Assembly (NCBI RefSeq): GCF_006345805.1
Contig: NW_021836651.1
Location: forward strand, 1 to 24,155
Length of the DNA: 24,155 nt
DNA from: Octopus sinensis
Taxonomy: Eukaryota
Direction of reading: 5' to 3'
This document shows, in pieces, positions 9,857-21,279 of the stretch. The notes under the pieces are model-generated. The model was given only the letters and a program-made list of their open reading frames with translations. It was not told where the DNA came from and ran no database searches. The position numbers were made by a program, and so were the translations under genes. Positions within the stretch are counted from its first letter, which is position 1. The number at the start of each line of letters is the position of its first letter.

Positions 9857-10659
9857 CACACACACACACAAATACAAACATGCATAAATACACATTTATG
9901 TGTCTGTATGTGATGAATTTTTTTCTCATTCAAGTCAAAACAAATTTGCAACAATGCTCTTCATACCTGGATCACATCACCAACTTCTATCGTTATTTCA
10001 ACCTTAATGTCTGTTTTCATTTATTTATGAGTGTGTGTATATATATGTATGGTTGGGTGTGTGTGTTTGTGTATACACACACTAACCCACATACACACAC
10101 TTGTTTGTCTTATCTTTTCCCTTTCCCTTTCTCTTTCTACACCCATTTACAGAGCTTCGGTTTGCCTTTGTCAATGAGATATATGGCTAAAGGTTGTTGA
10201 TGTTGGTGTTATGGTGATGGAAGTGATGATAAAGGATTTGCATCACTGCATTCTTTGGTACTGTTCTGCACCATTTCTATAGCTAAGAGCCTTCACTCTT
10301 GGAATTCATATTTATTCCTTGTCTGCTATTATTTCTAAATAACTGCTATGGTATAATCACATATTTACACGAAGCTATAATCTTCTTTCTCAGCAGTATT
10401 TTGTAATTTGCATAATTAATGAATGCTAATGACAGACAAATGTGTAAGCAAGTAACTCTGTGAGAAGCAAAACCAAAAAAAAAAAAAAAACAGAAAAGAA
10501 AGAAACAGTCTTAGAATTTAAAACTCTTTCTTTATTATTTGTCGAGCTATTGAAATTCTTTTTCCTGTAATGTTTTATCCAAAAGTAAAGGGCTGTAGGC
10601 TCTCCAAGATAGGTGACGTTTAAATTATTTTTAAGGGATTCAAAATAAAAATTTACATG

Positions 10660-10804
10660 AGGTGCAACTGGTAATTAGTTTATCACCCCTAAAAGAAATT
10701 TAAACAAAGTTAACCTCAGCAGCATTTGAACTCAGAGCATAAAGATGGACGAAGTGCTGCTAAGCATTTGGCCTGGCATGCTAATGATTCTGCCATCGTG
10801 CTGC
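10660..10804 (-). mobile_element. Diverged family B SINE fragment
   Basis: Reverse complement reads tggcagaatcattagcatgccaggccaaatgcttagc..tgagttcaaatgctgctgaggttaactttg. Confidence 0.7.
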
Positions 10805-11276
10805 AATGTTACCTGGTGTCTATTAACTATAAAAAAAAATCAAGCGTATGTTTACACGTTTGGTGTGAACTTTTTTGTTGCTTTGACAAATGATAGTTCA
10901 GCAAAGCACAACTGCACGGTTCTCTTGGTTGCCATGGCTGCCCTGTATGTAGGGTCAAAGCTGAAGACTTCCTGTAGCATCGTCTCTCTCTCTGTCTTCA
11001 TCACCTCTTCACTATCACCTCTGGACTTACGAAGAGAGCATGATGGTGTTGGTCTCTTGGTTCTCTAAATACCCTGCATGATGAATATTGAATGGTTTGT
11101 GTGGCCAGTCTGATCCTCTCATCCTTCAAACTTGTATCGGTCGGGTGCAACGAGTATCATGAGCCAAGTAATTATCAACATGCAGCATCTCTATGGCAGT
11201 GCCTTCTCTTACACCAAACATGTAAACATACGCTTGAGTTTTTTTTTTTATAGTTAATAGACACCAGGTCACATTG
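10804..11276. mobile_element. Unclassified TIR element (MITE-like), ~63-66-bp terminal inverted repeats
   Basis: 10804-10866 (caatgttacctggtgtctattaactata..tttggtgt) is the reverse complement of 11211-11276 with ~3 differences; no clear target-site duplication. Confidence 0.75.
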
Positions 11277-11378
11277 TAAAAAGAAGAAATCACAGATAAA
11301 CCTCAGGGTCGTTTAGTTTCCTCATTTATTAACACCACAGAAGAGATCAAACAGATCTTCACTATAAATAATCACTAT

Positions 11379-11790
11379 AGGCGCAGGAGTGGCTGTGTGG
11401 TAAGTAGCTTGCTAACCAACCACATGGTTCCGGGTTCAGTCCCACTGCGTGGCATCTTGGGCAAGTGTCTTCTACTATAGCCCCGGGCCGACCAATGCCT
11501 TGTGAGTGGATTTGGTAGACGTAAACTGAAAGAAGCCTGTCGTATATATGTATATATATGTATATGTCTGTGTATATGTTTGGGTGTCTGTGTTTGTCCC
11601 TCTAGCATTGCTTGACAACCGATGCTGGTGTGTTTACGTCTCCGTCACTTAGCGGTTCGGCAAAAGAGACCGATAGAATAAGTACTGGGCTTACAAAGAA
11701 TAAGTCCCGGGGTCGATTTGCTCGACTAAAGGCGGTGCTCCAGCATGGCTGCAGTCAAATGACTGAAACAAGTAAAAGAGTAAAAGAGTA
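11379..11790 (+). mobile_element. tRNA-derived SINE, family A, full length
   Basis: aggcgcaggagtggctgtgtgg..gaaacaagtaaaagagtaaaagagta. Confidence 0.92.
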
Positions 11791-12280
11791 TGCACACACA
11801 CTCACACGTGCGTGTGTGTATACATATCCACATATACATACACACAGAAATACATGCACACATACACGCAGAAATACATGCACACATACACACAGAAATA
11901 CACGCACACATACACACATGCACAGAAACATATACTGTATATATACTGTATATATACATAGATTACACAAATACATGCATACTCACTCATAGAGATAGAT
12001 AGATATTAAAGCTGGAACTGCAGATTTCCTGATTCTGAATTTCAGCCACATTTTTTCCGTCCCCCCGCCTTTATTTGTTTAACGTGAAGTGTTTATATTC
12101 AAATTTTCACATGTGTGCATTTATATGCGCACACACAGACACACAGACACACGCATACACTCACATGCATACACTCACATGCACGCACACACATTTTCGT
12201 GTGCGAATGTGTTAGAAAACTCCAGCTTGCTGCTCAAAGGGAAAGTGAAAGTAGATAGAAAGTTTGAAATCAAGATTAAG

Positions 12281-12294
12281 ACTACAACTCCCAG
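12281..12294. promoter_or_regulatory. ACTACAACTCCCAG motif (ZNF143/SBS-THAP11-type promoter element)
   Basis: Exact match to ACTACAnnTCCCAG, in TE-free DNA upstream of a relatively CpG-rich stretch (12565-12680). Confidence 0.45.
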
Positions 12295-12759
12295 TAGCAG
12301 CAGCAGCAGCAACAACAGCAAAAACAACAGCAGCAGCAGCAGTTTCAAAACATTTGTAGATTATTTTTTAAAGGGTTTTACTTGCTGGTTGCAGTTGGCT
12401 AGGGGGCAGGGGCTGCTTATTCACTCTCTCCTCTTTCAGCTCCATAACACACACACTTTCTTGCTTGTTGTTGTTGTCGTTGTTGTTGTTGTTGCAAAAT
12501 CTCACACCATTCACATAAATTTTTCTTGTAACTTATGAAAAATTTTCTTTCTCGCTTATATTTTATTTGCCGCCGCCGTCGTCGTCGTCGTTTTCTTTTC
12601 TTTTCTTTTCATGTCTTCGACTGGAGACTTGATTCTGAACTCGTTCAGTTTACCGCAACCGTTCTTAGTATCCGGCATCAATGGAAAGCTGGGAAGTGTC
12701 TTTTCAGCAAAGGATAATCAAATTTACATTTGAATTATTTGAACAGACAGCAACTTTAT

Positions 12760-13004
12760 TCATCATTGTCTTCATCATTGCTGTCATCATCACCACCATC
12801 ATTATCACTATCACCACCAACAACATTGTCACAATCATCATCACCACCACCACCACCACCACCACCACCACCACCATCATCATCATCACCACCCATATCA
12901 TATTTCATTTTCAGAATTATTATTTCTACTTCTGTTATTATTATTATTTTTGTTATCATGTCACTATTATTAACATTATATAGTTTTATTGTAACTAATT
13001 TATT

Positions 13005-13051
<47 letters not shown>

Positions 13052-13357
13052 GTTATTGTTACCTTTTATTATAATTATTATTTATTATTATTACCATCAT
13101 CATAATCATCATTTTATTACGGTTTTATTATTATCATTTTATCATTATTTATATTATTTTCTGTTATCATTATTACTATTGATATCACCCCCTTACTTGA
13201 TGTAAATCATCCACTATTTTCATTTGTTGTTGTTGTTGTTACTATTATTATTATTATTATTATTATTATATGTTTTTTGAATTTAGCTGTAATACTGCCC
13301 CCAACATCTTGGGCTCTAGTGGCCAATAAAAGAAATCCTTATTATATTTTAAAAATC

Positions 13358-13392
<35 letters not shown>

Positions 13393-13410
13393 TGGTGGTG
13401 GTGGTGGTGA
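12760..13410. repeat. (CAT)n/(CAC)n/(TAT)n/(GTT)n trinucleotide tracts
   Basis: Directly visible. Confidence 0.9.
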
Positions 13411-14053
13411 GGGTGGTGTTATTTTCATTTTTTGTTTTCAATTCATTTCATTTCATTATCAGGCCCAGTGGTTCCCAACTAATTTTACTCCGCCTCCACT
13501 CTACTCCCTCGTCACCCCCTCACCTCCCATTCTAGATTGCAGACAAAATGCTACTTTATTACCAACAATGCTGCAATATTTGTGGTACAATTTTCAGCTT
13601 GCCAGGTTCTAGTTTTTGCCTTCATTCAAATAATAATGTTATGTGTGCTTAGTGTTTGTGTATTTTATATAGATTCATATATATCATCAGCATCATTTCA
13701 ATGCCCACCTCTCCTTGCTTGTAGTTTATTGAGATAAATTTTCTGTAGCTGGATACCCTTCCTGCTACCAACCCTTACTTGTTTCCAAGTAAGATGATAT
13801 TGCCTCAAGGCTGGATGTGTTCTTGCAGACTATTGGAAATGTATGGCACTGCTTGTACGACAGTAACAATCATTTATGACTATCGTTCAGTATCAAGAGA
13901 AAGAAACACACACACACACACAATAGGTTTCTTTTAGTTTCCACCTCTCAGATCCATTCGCAAAGCATTGTTTAGTCCAGGACTATAGCAGAAGACATTT
14001 GTCCATATATACACATGCACTTACCCACACATATCAAATTCACTAGCCCCTGT

Positions 14054-14095
<42 letters not shown>

Positions 14096-14529
14096 AACAC
14101 ATTCTCACATACATACACGCACACATATTCACCTTTGTTTTGGGATCACCAATACTTTATTATCTCCCCTTCTGTCAACCTCTTCTTTCAAACTTTTTTT
14201 CTAATCAGTCGCCATGCTTAATCGCTAAATCCACAAGATTTTTTTATTCTCTCTTTATTTTTTCTTATTCTTGAGCATCAAGCTAACACACCTGCTTGTT
14301 GTTCATAAACTTGTCTTTTTCTTTTAGTGTGTGTGTGTGTGTGTGTGTGTAGATCTATCTATCTATCTATCTGTCTGTCTGTCTGTCTATCTATCTGTCT
14401 GGTTAAGAGACACTTGGACAAGTTGCTATGCAGTAGGACTGAACCCGGGACTTTGTGATTTCAATGTAAAAACTTCACAACCATTCAGCCATGATGCGTC
14501 CATTGTGATGATGGTAAACACCATGGAGG

Positions 14530-15760
14530 ATGCTACATTGTTATCATGATGACGACGATGATGATAATATTCTCATCCTTTTCATCATCATCATCATCAT
14601 CATAGCATTATTATCATTCCTCTCTGCCTCCTTCTTGCCGTCATCGGCGTCATCTTCGTCATCATTGCTGTCATCATCACCTTCATCATCTTCATCTTTA
14701 TCATCATTGTCATCCTCATGATGATGATGATCATCACCATTAACATGATCATTGTCATTATCAGCTTCGTCATCAGTGTCATCATCATGGTCCTCCCGTC
14801 CTCCTCATCATCGTCATCATCCTCTTCATCATCATTGCCCTTCTCATTGTCATCATCATCATCCTCATCATCATCATCTTCATCATCATCATCACTGTCA
14901 TCATCATTGTCTTCAACATCATCACCGTCATCATCACTTCATCTTTGTCCTCACCGTCATCATCATCCTCCTCATCATCATCATTTTCTTCATCATCATC
15001 ACTGTCATCATCATCAGCATCATCATTGTCTTCAACATCACCACCGTCATCATCACTTCATCTTTGTCCTTCTCATCGTCATCATCATCCTCATCATCAT
15101 CATCTTCCTCATCATCATCACTTCATCTTTGTCCTTCTCATCGTCATCATCCTCATCATCATCTTCCTCATCATCATCATCAGCATCATCATTGTCTTCA
15201 ACATCACCACCATCATCATCACTTCATCTTTGTCCTTCTCATCGTCATCATCCTCATCATCATCTTCCTCATCATCATCATCAGCATCATCATTGTCTTC
15301 AACATCACCACCGTCATCATCACTTCATCTTTGTCCTTCTCATCGTCATCATCATCCTCATCATCATCATCTTCCTCATCATCATCACTTCATCTTTGTC
15401 CTTCTCATCGTCATCATCCTCATCATCATCTTCCTCATCATCATCATCAGCATCATCATTGTCTTCAACATCACCACCGTCATCATCACTTCATCTTTGT
15501 CCTTCTCATCGTCATCATCATCCTCATCATCATCATCTTCCTCATCATCATCACTTCATCTTTGTCCTTCTCATCGTCATCATCCTCATCATCATCTTCC
15601 TCATCATCATCATCAGCATCATCATTGTCTTCAACATCACCACCGTCATCATCACTTCATCTTTGTCCTTCTCATCGTCATCCTCTTCAGCATTATCATT
15701 GCCGTCGTCATCATCATCATCATCATCCCCATCTTCAACTTCTTCATTAGGTTGATCTTC
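14530..15760. repeat. (CAT)n-derived minisatellite with higher-order units
   Basis: Marker cagcatcatcattgtcttcaac recurs at ~15016, 15181, 15279, 15448 and 15614. Confidence 0.9.
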
Positions 15761-15768
15761 ATCTTTAC

Positions 15769-15846
15769 CTTGCTGTTGCAGCATTTCAAATTATTCTCCT
15801 CTCTGACAGCCGTTCTGTGGCAACACCCATATTCACTTGTCAAAAT
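15769..15846 (-). CDS. Candidate 78-nt internal exon (ILTSEYGCCHRTAVREENNLKCCNSK), product unknown
   Basis: tttcatag| acceptor and AAG|gtaaag donor; open only in phase 0; no recognised homology. Confidence 0.2.
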
Positions 15847-16495
15847 CTATGAAATATTGTTTCCCTACAACTACACTATTAAACAATCTCGATCATGAAA
15901 AAGGAAATGATTTCATGTTTTCCAAAAAAAAAAAAAAAAAAAAGCAAAAAAAAAAAAACGGAAGGTAAATAAACAGTAATAATAAAATATCAAAAACAAA
16001 TAAACACAAAAACCTTTTTTTGCTCAAAATTATTAATTAAAACCTATTTCATTTCATTTCTCTTTCTGCTTATTTGTATTGTCTATAAATTTAAACATGA
16101 TTTTAGTAATCACAGTTTTTTTAATCAGTTGTGTTTTTTTTTCTTCATTTATTTCGGAACAAACGTTGGTTGTTTTGCCTTCGTGTGTGTTTGAGTTATT
16201 TAAATTGTCTGCTTTTGGTATTGTGATACGCAAACAACAGTGTTCTTGGTTACAGGATTCCAAAGCGATAATCTTAAGTGCACTTCATTTCTGGTGACTA
16301 GAGTGACAGGGGAGTGTCTGTGATGCATTGCTGAACAAATATTGTCAGGGGCTTTTTTCTTTTTTTAAATGCACCAGATTTTCAGTTTCCTTACTGATGT
16401 TTACTCTCTTCACTGGTGTACATCAGCAAAATTTAGACATGAGCATTTAAAAGTGTGTATACATAGGTATTTGTGTATGAGTGAGTATGTGTTTC

Positions 16496-16526
<31 letters not shown>

Positions 16527-16530
16527 TTAT

Positions 16531-16599
<69 letters not shown>

Positions 16600-16601
<2 letters not shown>

Positions 16602-16990
16602 ACTGTGTTGTAAGTGTCTTCTACTATAGCCTCGAGCCAACCAAAACCTTCTAAGTGGATTTGGAAGACAGAAACTGAAAGAATCCTGTCATCATCATCA
16701 TCATCATCATCGTTTAACGTCCACTTTCCATGCTAGCATGGGTTGGACGATTTGACTGAGGATTGGCGGTGGGTGAGTGTGGTGTGTGCGTGTGCCCTCA
16801 TCACCACTTAAAAACTGGTATTGGTTTGATTACGTCCCCATACTTAGCAGTTCATCAAAACAGACCAATAGAATATTAGGCTAAAAAATTAAGTCCTGGG
16901 GTCGATTTGTTCAGCTAGAACCCTTCAAGATGGTGTACCAGCATGGCCATGGTCAAATGACTGAACCAGCGTAAAGGTAAGGGATAAAAG
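16600..16990 (+). mobile_element. Degraded family A SINE interrupted by a family C fragment (16688-16770)
   Basis: gtgtcttctactatagcc..gaaactgaaagaa head and acgtcccc..cttagc..ggtcaaatgactgaa tail. Confidence 0.65.
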
Positions 16991-17002
16991 ATATAGGTGC
17001 AG

Positions 17003-17245
17003 ATAAAAGATAAGGCGGCGAGCTGGCAGAATTGTTAGCACGCCGGGCAAAATGCGTAGCCGTATTTTGTCTGCCATTATGTTTTGAGTTCAAATTCCGC
17101 CGAGGTCGACTTTGCTTTTCATCCTTTCGGGGTCGATAAATTAAGTACCAGTTACGCACTGGGGTCGATGTAATCGACTTAATACCTGTGTCTGTCCTTG
17201 TTTGTCCCCTCTCTGTTTGGCCCCTTGTGGGTAGTAAAGAAATAC
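17003..17245 (+). mobile_element. Family B SINE with a 12-bp target-site duplication
   Basis: ATATAGGTGCAG at 16991-17002 and 17246-17257. Confidence 0.88.
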
Positions 17246-17247
17246 AT

Positions 17248-17420
17248 ATAGGTGCAGGTGTGGCTGTGTGGTTAAGGTGCTTGTTTCTCAGCCATGTGGT
17301 CTTGGATTCAGTCTCACTGTGCAGCACCTTGGACAAGTGACTTCCATTATAGCCCCAGACCAACCAAAGCCTTGTGGTTGGATTTCAGAGAGAGAAACTG
17401 AAAGAAGCCTGTTGTGTGTC
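17248..17420 (+). mobile_element. Family A-like SINE head (degraded)
   Basis: ataggtgcaggtgtggctgtgtgg..gaaactgaaagaagcc. Confidence 0.7.
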
Positions 17421-17621
17421 TGTGAGTGTGTGTATTTGTGAAAGCATGTGGTTTAGTGGTTATAAAGTCATTAATTTGATCCCTGGTGGCACATTATGTT
17501 CTTGAGCAAGACACTTTATTCCCCATTGCTCCAGTTCACTCAGCTGTCAAAAAATGATTTGAACCTGTATTTCAAAGGCCCAACCATGTGACATTCTGTG
17601 TCATGCTGAATCTCTCTTGAA

Positions 17622-17840
17622 CAGTGCTTTTCAAGCTTTTTGCTGGAGTGGAACCCCAAGGAAACATTCCACTGGCTCGAGGAACCCCTGTGCAATAATT
17701 TAATAGTCTTATGCACACATTTCTGCACAGGAGAATTAAAAATTACTGCTGATTGTAGCAGTTTTGTAAATTTTTGTGGAACTCATGGACTGTACTGGCG
17801 GAACCCTAAGGTTCCGCGGAACCCTGGTTGAAAACCACTG
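17622..17840. mobile_element. hAT (Charlie-type) MITE
   Basis: TIRs CAGTGCTTTTCAA and TTGAAAACCACTG; 8-bp target-site duplication CTCTTGAA / CTCTGGAA (7/8), resembling the NTCTAGAN target; subterminal ggttccgcggaaccc. Confidence 0.85.
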
Positions 17841-18332
17841 CTCTGGAAACTATTTTAAGGGTGCACATGTCTGTGGAGTACTCAGCCATTTGCATTTTAA
17901 TTTCACAAACAGGTTGTTCTTTTGATCAGATCAGCCGGACCCCTCATCATCATAATCGATGCAGGGCCAATTCTTGTGTGTGTCCAACATATAGTCAAGG
18001 CTGTTCAAACCCAATTTACTTTGGAAGAAATATGTCTGGCTATGCAAAAATATTACCATGCTTGGCAAAAATGAAAGGCATCTCATTGCAGAAAGTCTCC
18101 CATGATAAATTCTGTCTCACTCATGGAAGCGTGGAAAAATGGATGTTTGATGATGATACAAAGACACATACACACTGATCTTTATGTGTGTGTGTGTGTG
18201 TATATGTAATATATATATATGAGGGGTTGATGAAAAATTCCTGGTTATTAAGAACAACTTTACATTAAACCGTAGGATTACTCAATACATTTCTCTTGAG
18301 AGCAAATCTACATTGTAGATGTATATAATACA

Positions 18333-18495
18333 TGTGGCTGTGTGGTAAGTAGCTTGCTTACGAACCACATGGTTCCGGGTTCAGGCCCACTGCGTGGCAC
18401 CTTGGGTAAGTGTCTTCTACTATAGCCTTGGGCCGATCAAAGCCTTGTGAGTGGATTTGGTAGACAGAAACTGAAAGAAGCCCGTCGTATATATG

Positions 18496-18526
<31 letters not shown>

Positions 18527-18740
18527 ATGTGCGTGTTTGTGTGTCTGTCTTTGTCCCCCCAACGTCGCTTGACAACCGATGCTGGTGTGTATACGTCCCC
18601 GTAACTTAGCGGTTCGGCAAAAAGAGTCCGATAAAATAAGTACTAGGCTTACAAAGAATAAGTCCTGGGGTCGATTTGCTCGATTAAAGGCGGTGCTCCA
18701 GCATGGCGGCAGTCAAATGACTGAAACAAGTAAAAGAGTA
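18333..18740 (+). mobile_element. tRNA-derived SINE, family A
   Basis: Aligns with 11379-11790. Confidence 0.9.
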
Positions 18741-18742
18741 TA

Positions 18743-18966
18743 TATGAGGGGGTGGTGATGAAAAGTTCATGGCTTTAGGTAACAGAAAATACAGGAGGCT
18801 CAGTTAATTATGATTTTATTCAATATATTTCTCTATCAGATTCACACAATTATTGTAGTTGTCTTTCAGGTATTCTAAGCCCTATAAAATGAACTCAGAA
18901 GGCTTGGCCTCCAGCCAGGCCTTTTGCAAAGCCCTTAAAGCCAGGAATTTTTCTGCAGCCCCTCAT
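18743..18966. mobile_element. Tc1/mariner-type MITE
   Basis: Ends tatgaggggg..gaaaagttcatggcttta and taaagccaggaattttt..cccctcat are inverted; homologous to 20643-20871; a single TIR fragment also lies at ~18218. Confidence 0.75.
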
Positions 18967-19851
18967 CCATCCAAGACTGGACTACCTATGACCCATTGGG
19001 TTACCGGGAAGGCTGAGTTTCCCAACAATGGAGTTTTGTTTGTGGGGGGTTTTTTTTCTTTTCCAGGTGATTTTGCATGCTTTCAATGAATGTAACATCG
19101 AAATCACACATAATTGGCTCCTTTCTCCAGAAAAGAAAAGATTTAGTTGCTATTTCTTCCACACCCTGCAACCACATAACAGGTCCTTTATCACAAATAG
19201 CTGTTACGTGGTAGCAAGGCATGCTACAAATAGCAGCCAAATCTTTGGGGGTGAGATATGTTGAATGCACTTGAAAAAACCTATAGAAAAAATATATTTC
19301 TCACTGAGGTTATGAACAGGTCTTTTACGAAATATTTACTGTCTTTTTAAAGTCATTTTCACTTTCAAATATTTTTTAAATATGCCAAAAAAAATTTTTT
19401 TTTAATGGTATTCACTTGACAAGAATTTAAAAAAACATTAAAATATTATCTGTTTGAAGAAAGCTAAAATATAAATACTGTACAAACAATTTACATTGTT
19501 GAAATCACATTCACATAAAAATATTTCTAAATGATTAAAATATTGTATTTAACAAAAGCAAAAATAAAAACATTTACTGTAAAAAACCAAATCGTATTTT
19601 TCGTTGTCAAGTCACTGTGTGTAATCGAAAAGTAAGAGTTTCTTCCTTTCAGGGTTAAGTTATTTTTAGAATATTTTCACATTATGCATCGTTTTGGGAA
19701 TTCATACCCTGAAAACCCCTCATATCTCAACACTCACTTTATGTGAAACTTGTTTTATTCCGTTCGTATTCACATTTCGAGGGAACTTAATTCATAGAAT
19801 TTGCCCATTATGTGCCACTTAGGCTGGTATTATATATATATATATATATAT

Positions 19852-20269
19852 GAGCAGTGGTGGTGTGGCGCGCAGACCTATACAGGGTGGAAGCGCTCAG
19901 TCAGCCAGCTTCAAAATCCCTTCTTCTATTGCCTCCTCCCCTCTGATCCCACCTCTTCCTACCAACAGCGAGTGTCCTCCACCATCCTCGACCTCATCTC
20001 CTCTTCTGCTCTCCACCCCACCGCCACCAACCTCATCGTCTGTACACCCCGAACCTCCCCAAAATGTGACCACGTGTGTACCGTTGGCGATTTTTTTTCC
20101 TCTGTCTTCCCTTCTCTGGATCTTTCCTTCTCTGTTTCCGACGAAGAGCTCCGCCCGAAACGTTAAACCCTCCTTCTTTCCTTCTTTTCTGAGCGTCCAA
20201 TAATACTATATTTGTTCCACGTCCTCGCGTTGTTGTGTTTTTTTTGTGCTTTCTTGTTTGGATTAACTT
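19852..20269 (+). mobile_element. Internally deleted Penelope-like element (pre-RT ORF fragment fused to 3' terminal repeat)
   Basis: Translation AVVVWRADLYRVEALSQ(4-bp duplication)LQNPFFYCLLPSDPTSSYQQRVSSTILDLI..LIVCTPRT matches the PLE DKG-VVV..DPT..PRT region; followed by a minimal hammerhead; (TA)n on both sides. Confidence 0.75.
20134..20168 (+). ncRNA. Minimal hammerhead (CCGACGA core, loopless palindromic stem III)
   Basis: GUUU CCGACGA A GAGC UCC GCCC GAAAC GUU^ AAAC; 4-bp stem I; predicted cleavage after 20164. Confidence 0.65.
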
Positions 20270-20292
20270 TATATATATATATATACATATAT

Positions 20293-20581
20293 ATCATCGT
20301 TTAGCGTCTGCTTTCCATGCTGGCATGGGTTGGACGGTGCAACTGGGGTCTGGGAAGCCAGAAGGCTGCACCAGGCTCCAGTCTGATCTGGCAGTGTTTC
20401 TACAGCTGGATGCCCTTCCTAACACCAACCACTCCGTGAGTGTAGTGGGTGCTTTTTACGTGCCACCTGCACAGGTGCCAGACAAGTCTGGCAATGGCCA
20501 CGGTCAGATGGTGCTTTTTATGTGCCACCGGCACGGAGGCCAAGCGAGGCTGGCAAACGGCCACAATCGGATGGTGCTTTT
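20293..20581 (-). mobile_element. Family C repeat
   Basis: Matches 576-945, including the subrepeats. Confidence 0.8.
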
Positions 20582-20642
20582 ATATATATATATATATACA
20601 TATATATATAAACATATATATATATATATATGTGTATGTATA

Positions 20643-20871
20643 TATGAGTGGGTACTGAAAAGAGAGTTGCTGGCTTTGAATAAAAGAAAATAGAGGAGGT
20701 TCAATTAATTATGATTTTATTTAACATGGTCCCTTCTCAGATACTCACACACCTATTGCAGCAGTCCTTCAGTTTTTCTAAACCCTGTAAAAGAACTCGG
20801 AAGGTTGGGCCTCCAACCAGGCCTTTCATGACACCCTTAAAGCCAGGAACTTTTCAGCACCATCTTGCATA
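20643..20871. mobile_element. Tc1/mariner-type MITE
   Basis: tatgag..ctgaaaag..ctggcttt and aaagccaggaacttttcagcac..cata are inverted ends at TA sites. Confidence 0.75.
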
Positions 20872-21044
20872 CTCTCATGCAGGCACACAGAGGAAAGGGG
20901 TTTTTTTTTTCTGAGTTTCTCTTAAATTCTACTCAGAAAGTATTGGTCAGCCTGAGGCAATAATAATAATAATAATAATCCTTTCTACTGAAGGCACAAG
21001 GCCTTGAAATTTCGGAGGAGGGGACTCGTCGATTACATCAACCC

Positions 21045-21279
21045 ATAAGGCGGCGAGCTGGCAGAGACGTTAGCACGCCGGGCGAAATGCGTAGCCGTAT
21101 TTCATCTGCCATTATGTTTTGAGTTCAAATTCCGTCGAGGTTGACTTTGCCTTTCATCCTTTCAGGGTCGATAAATTAAGTACCAGTTACGCACTGGGGT
21201 CGATGTAATCGACTTAATCCGTTTGTCTGTCCTTGTTTGTCCCATATGTGTTTAGCCCCTTGTGGGTAGTAAAGAAATA
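21045..21279 (+). mobile_element. Family B SINE nested in an antisense family B-like SINE (20980-21400)
   Basis: Target-site duplication GATTACATCAACCC (21031-21044) / GATTACATCAAGCCC (21280-21294). Confidence 0.88.

Larger units (their letters stand above)
7670..9857. repeat. ~1.08-kb tandem segmental duplication
   Basis: 7801-7920 is identical to 8881-9000 (offset 1080); unit boundaries lie in (GT)n(TA)n tracts at ~7670, ~8760 and ~9840. Confidence 0.92.

Noticed and set aside
10745-11068. 107-aa plus-strand ORF
   Set aside because: Spans a SINE fragment, a TIR and the element interior; chimeric.
14718-15898. Three ORFs longer than 300 aa, rich in S/H/I
   Set aside because: (CAT)n-derived repeats lack stops on this strand; low complexity with no domain.
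18970-19270. Possible mariner transposase relic (HSTYLTPKDL)
   Set aside because: Resemblance to HPPYSPDL is too weak to support.
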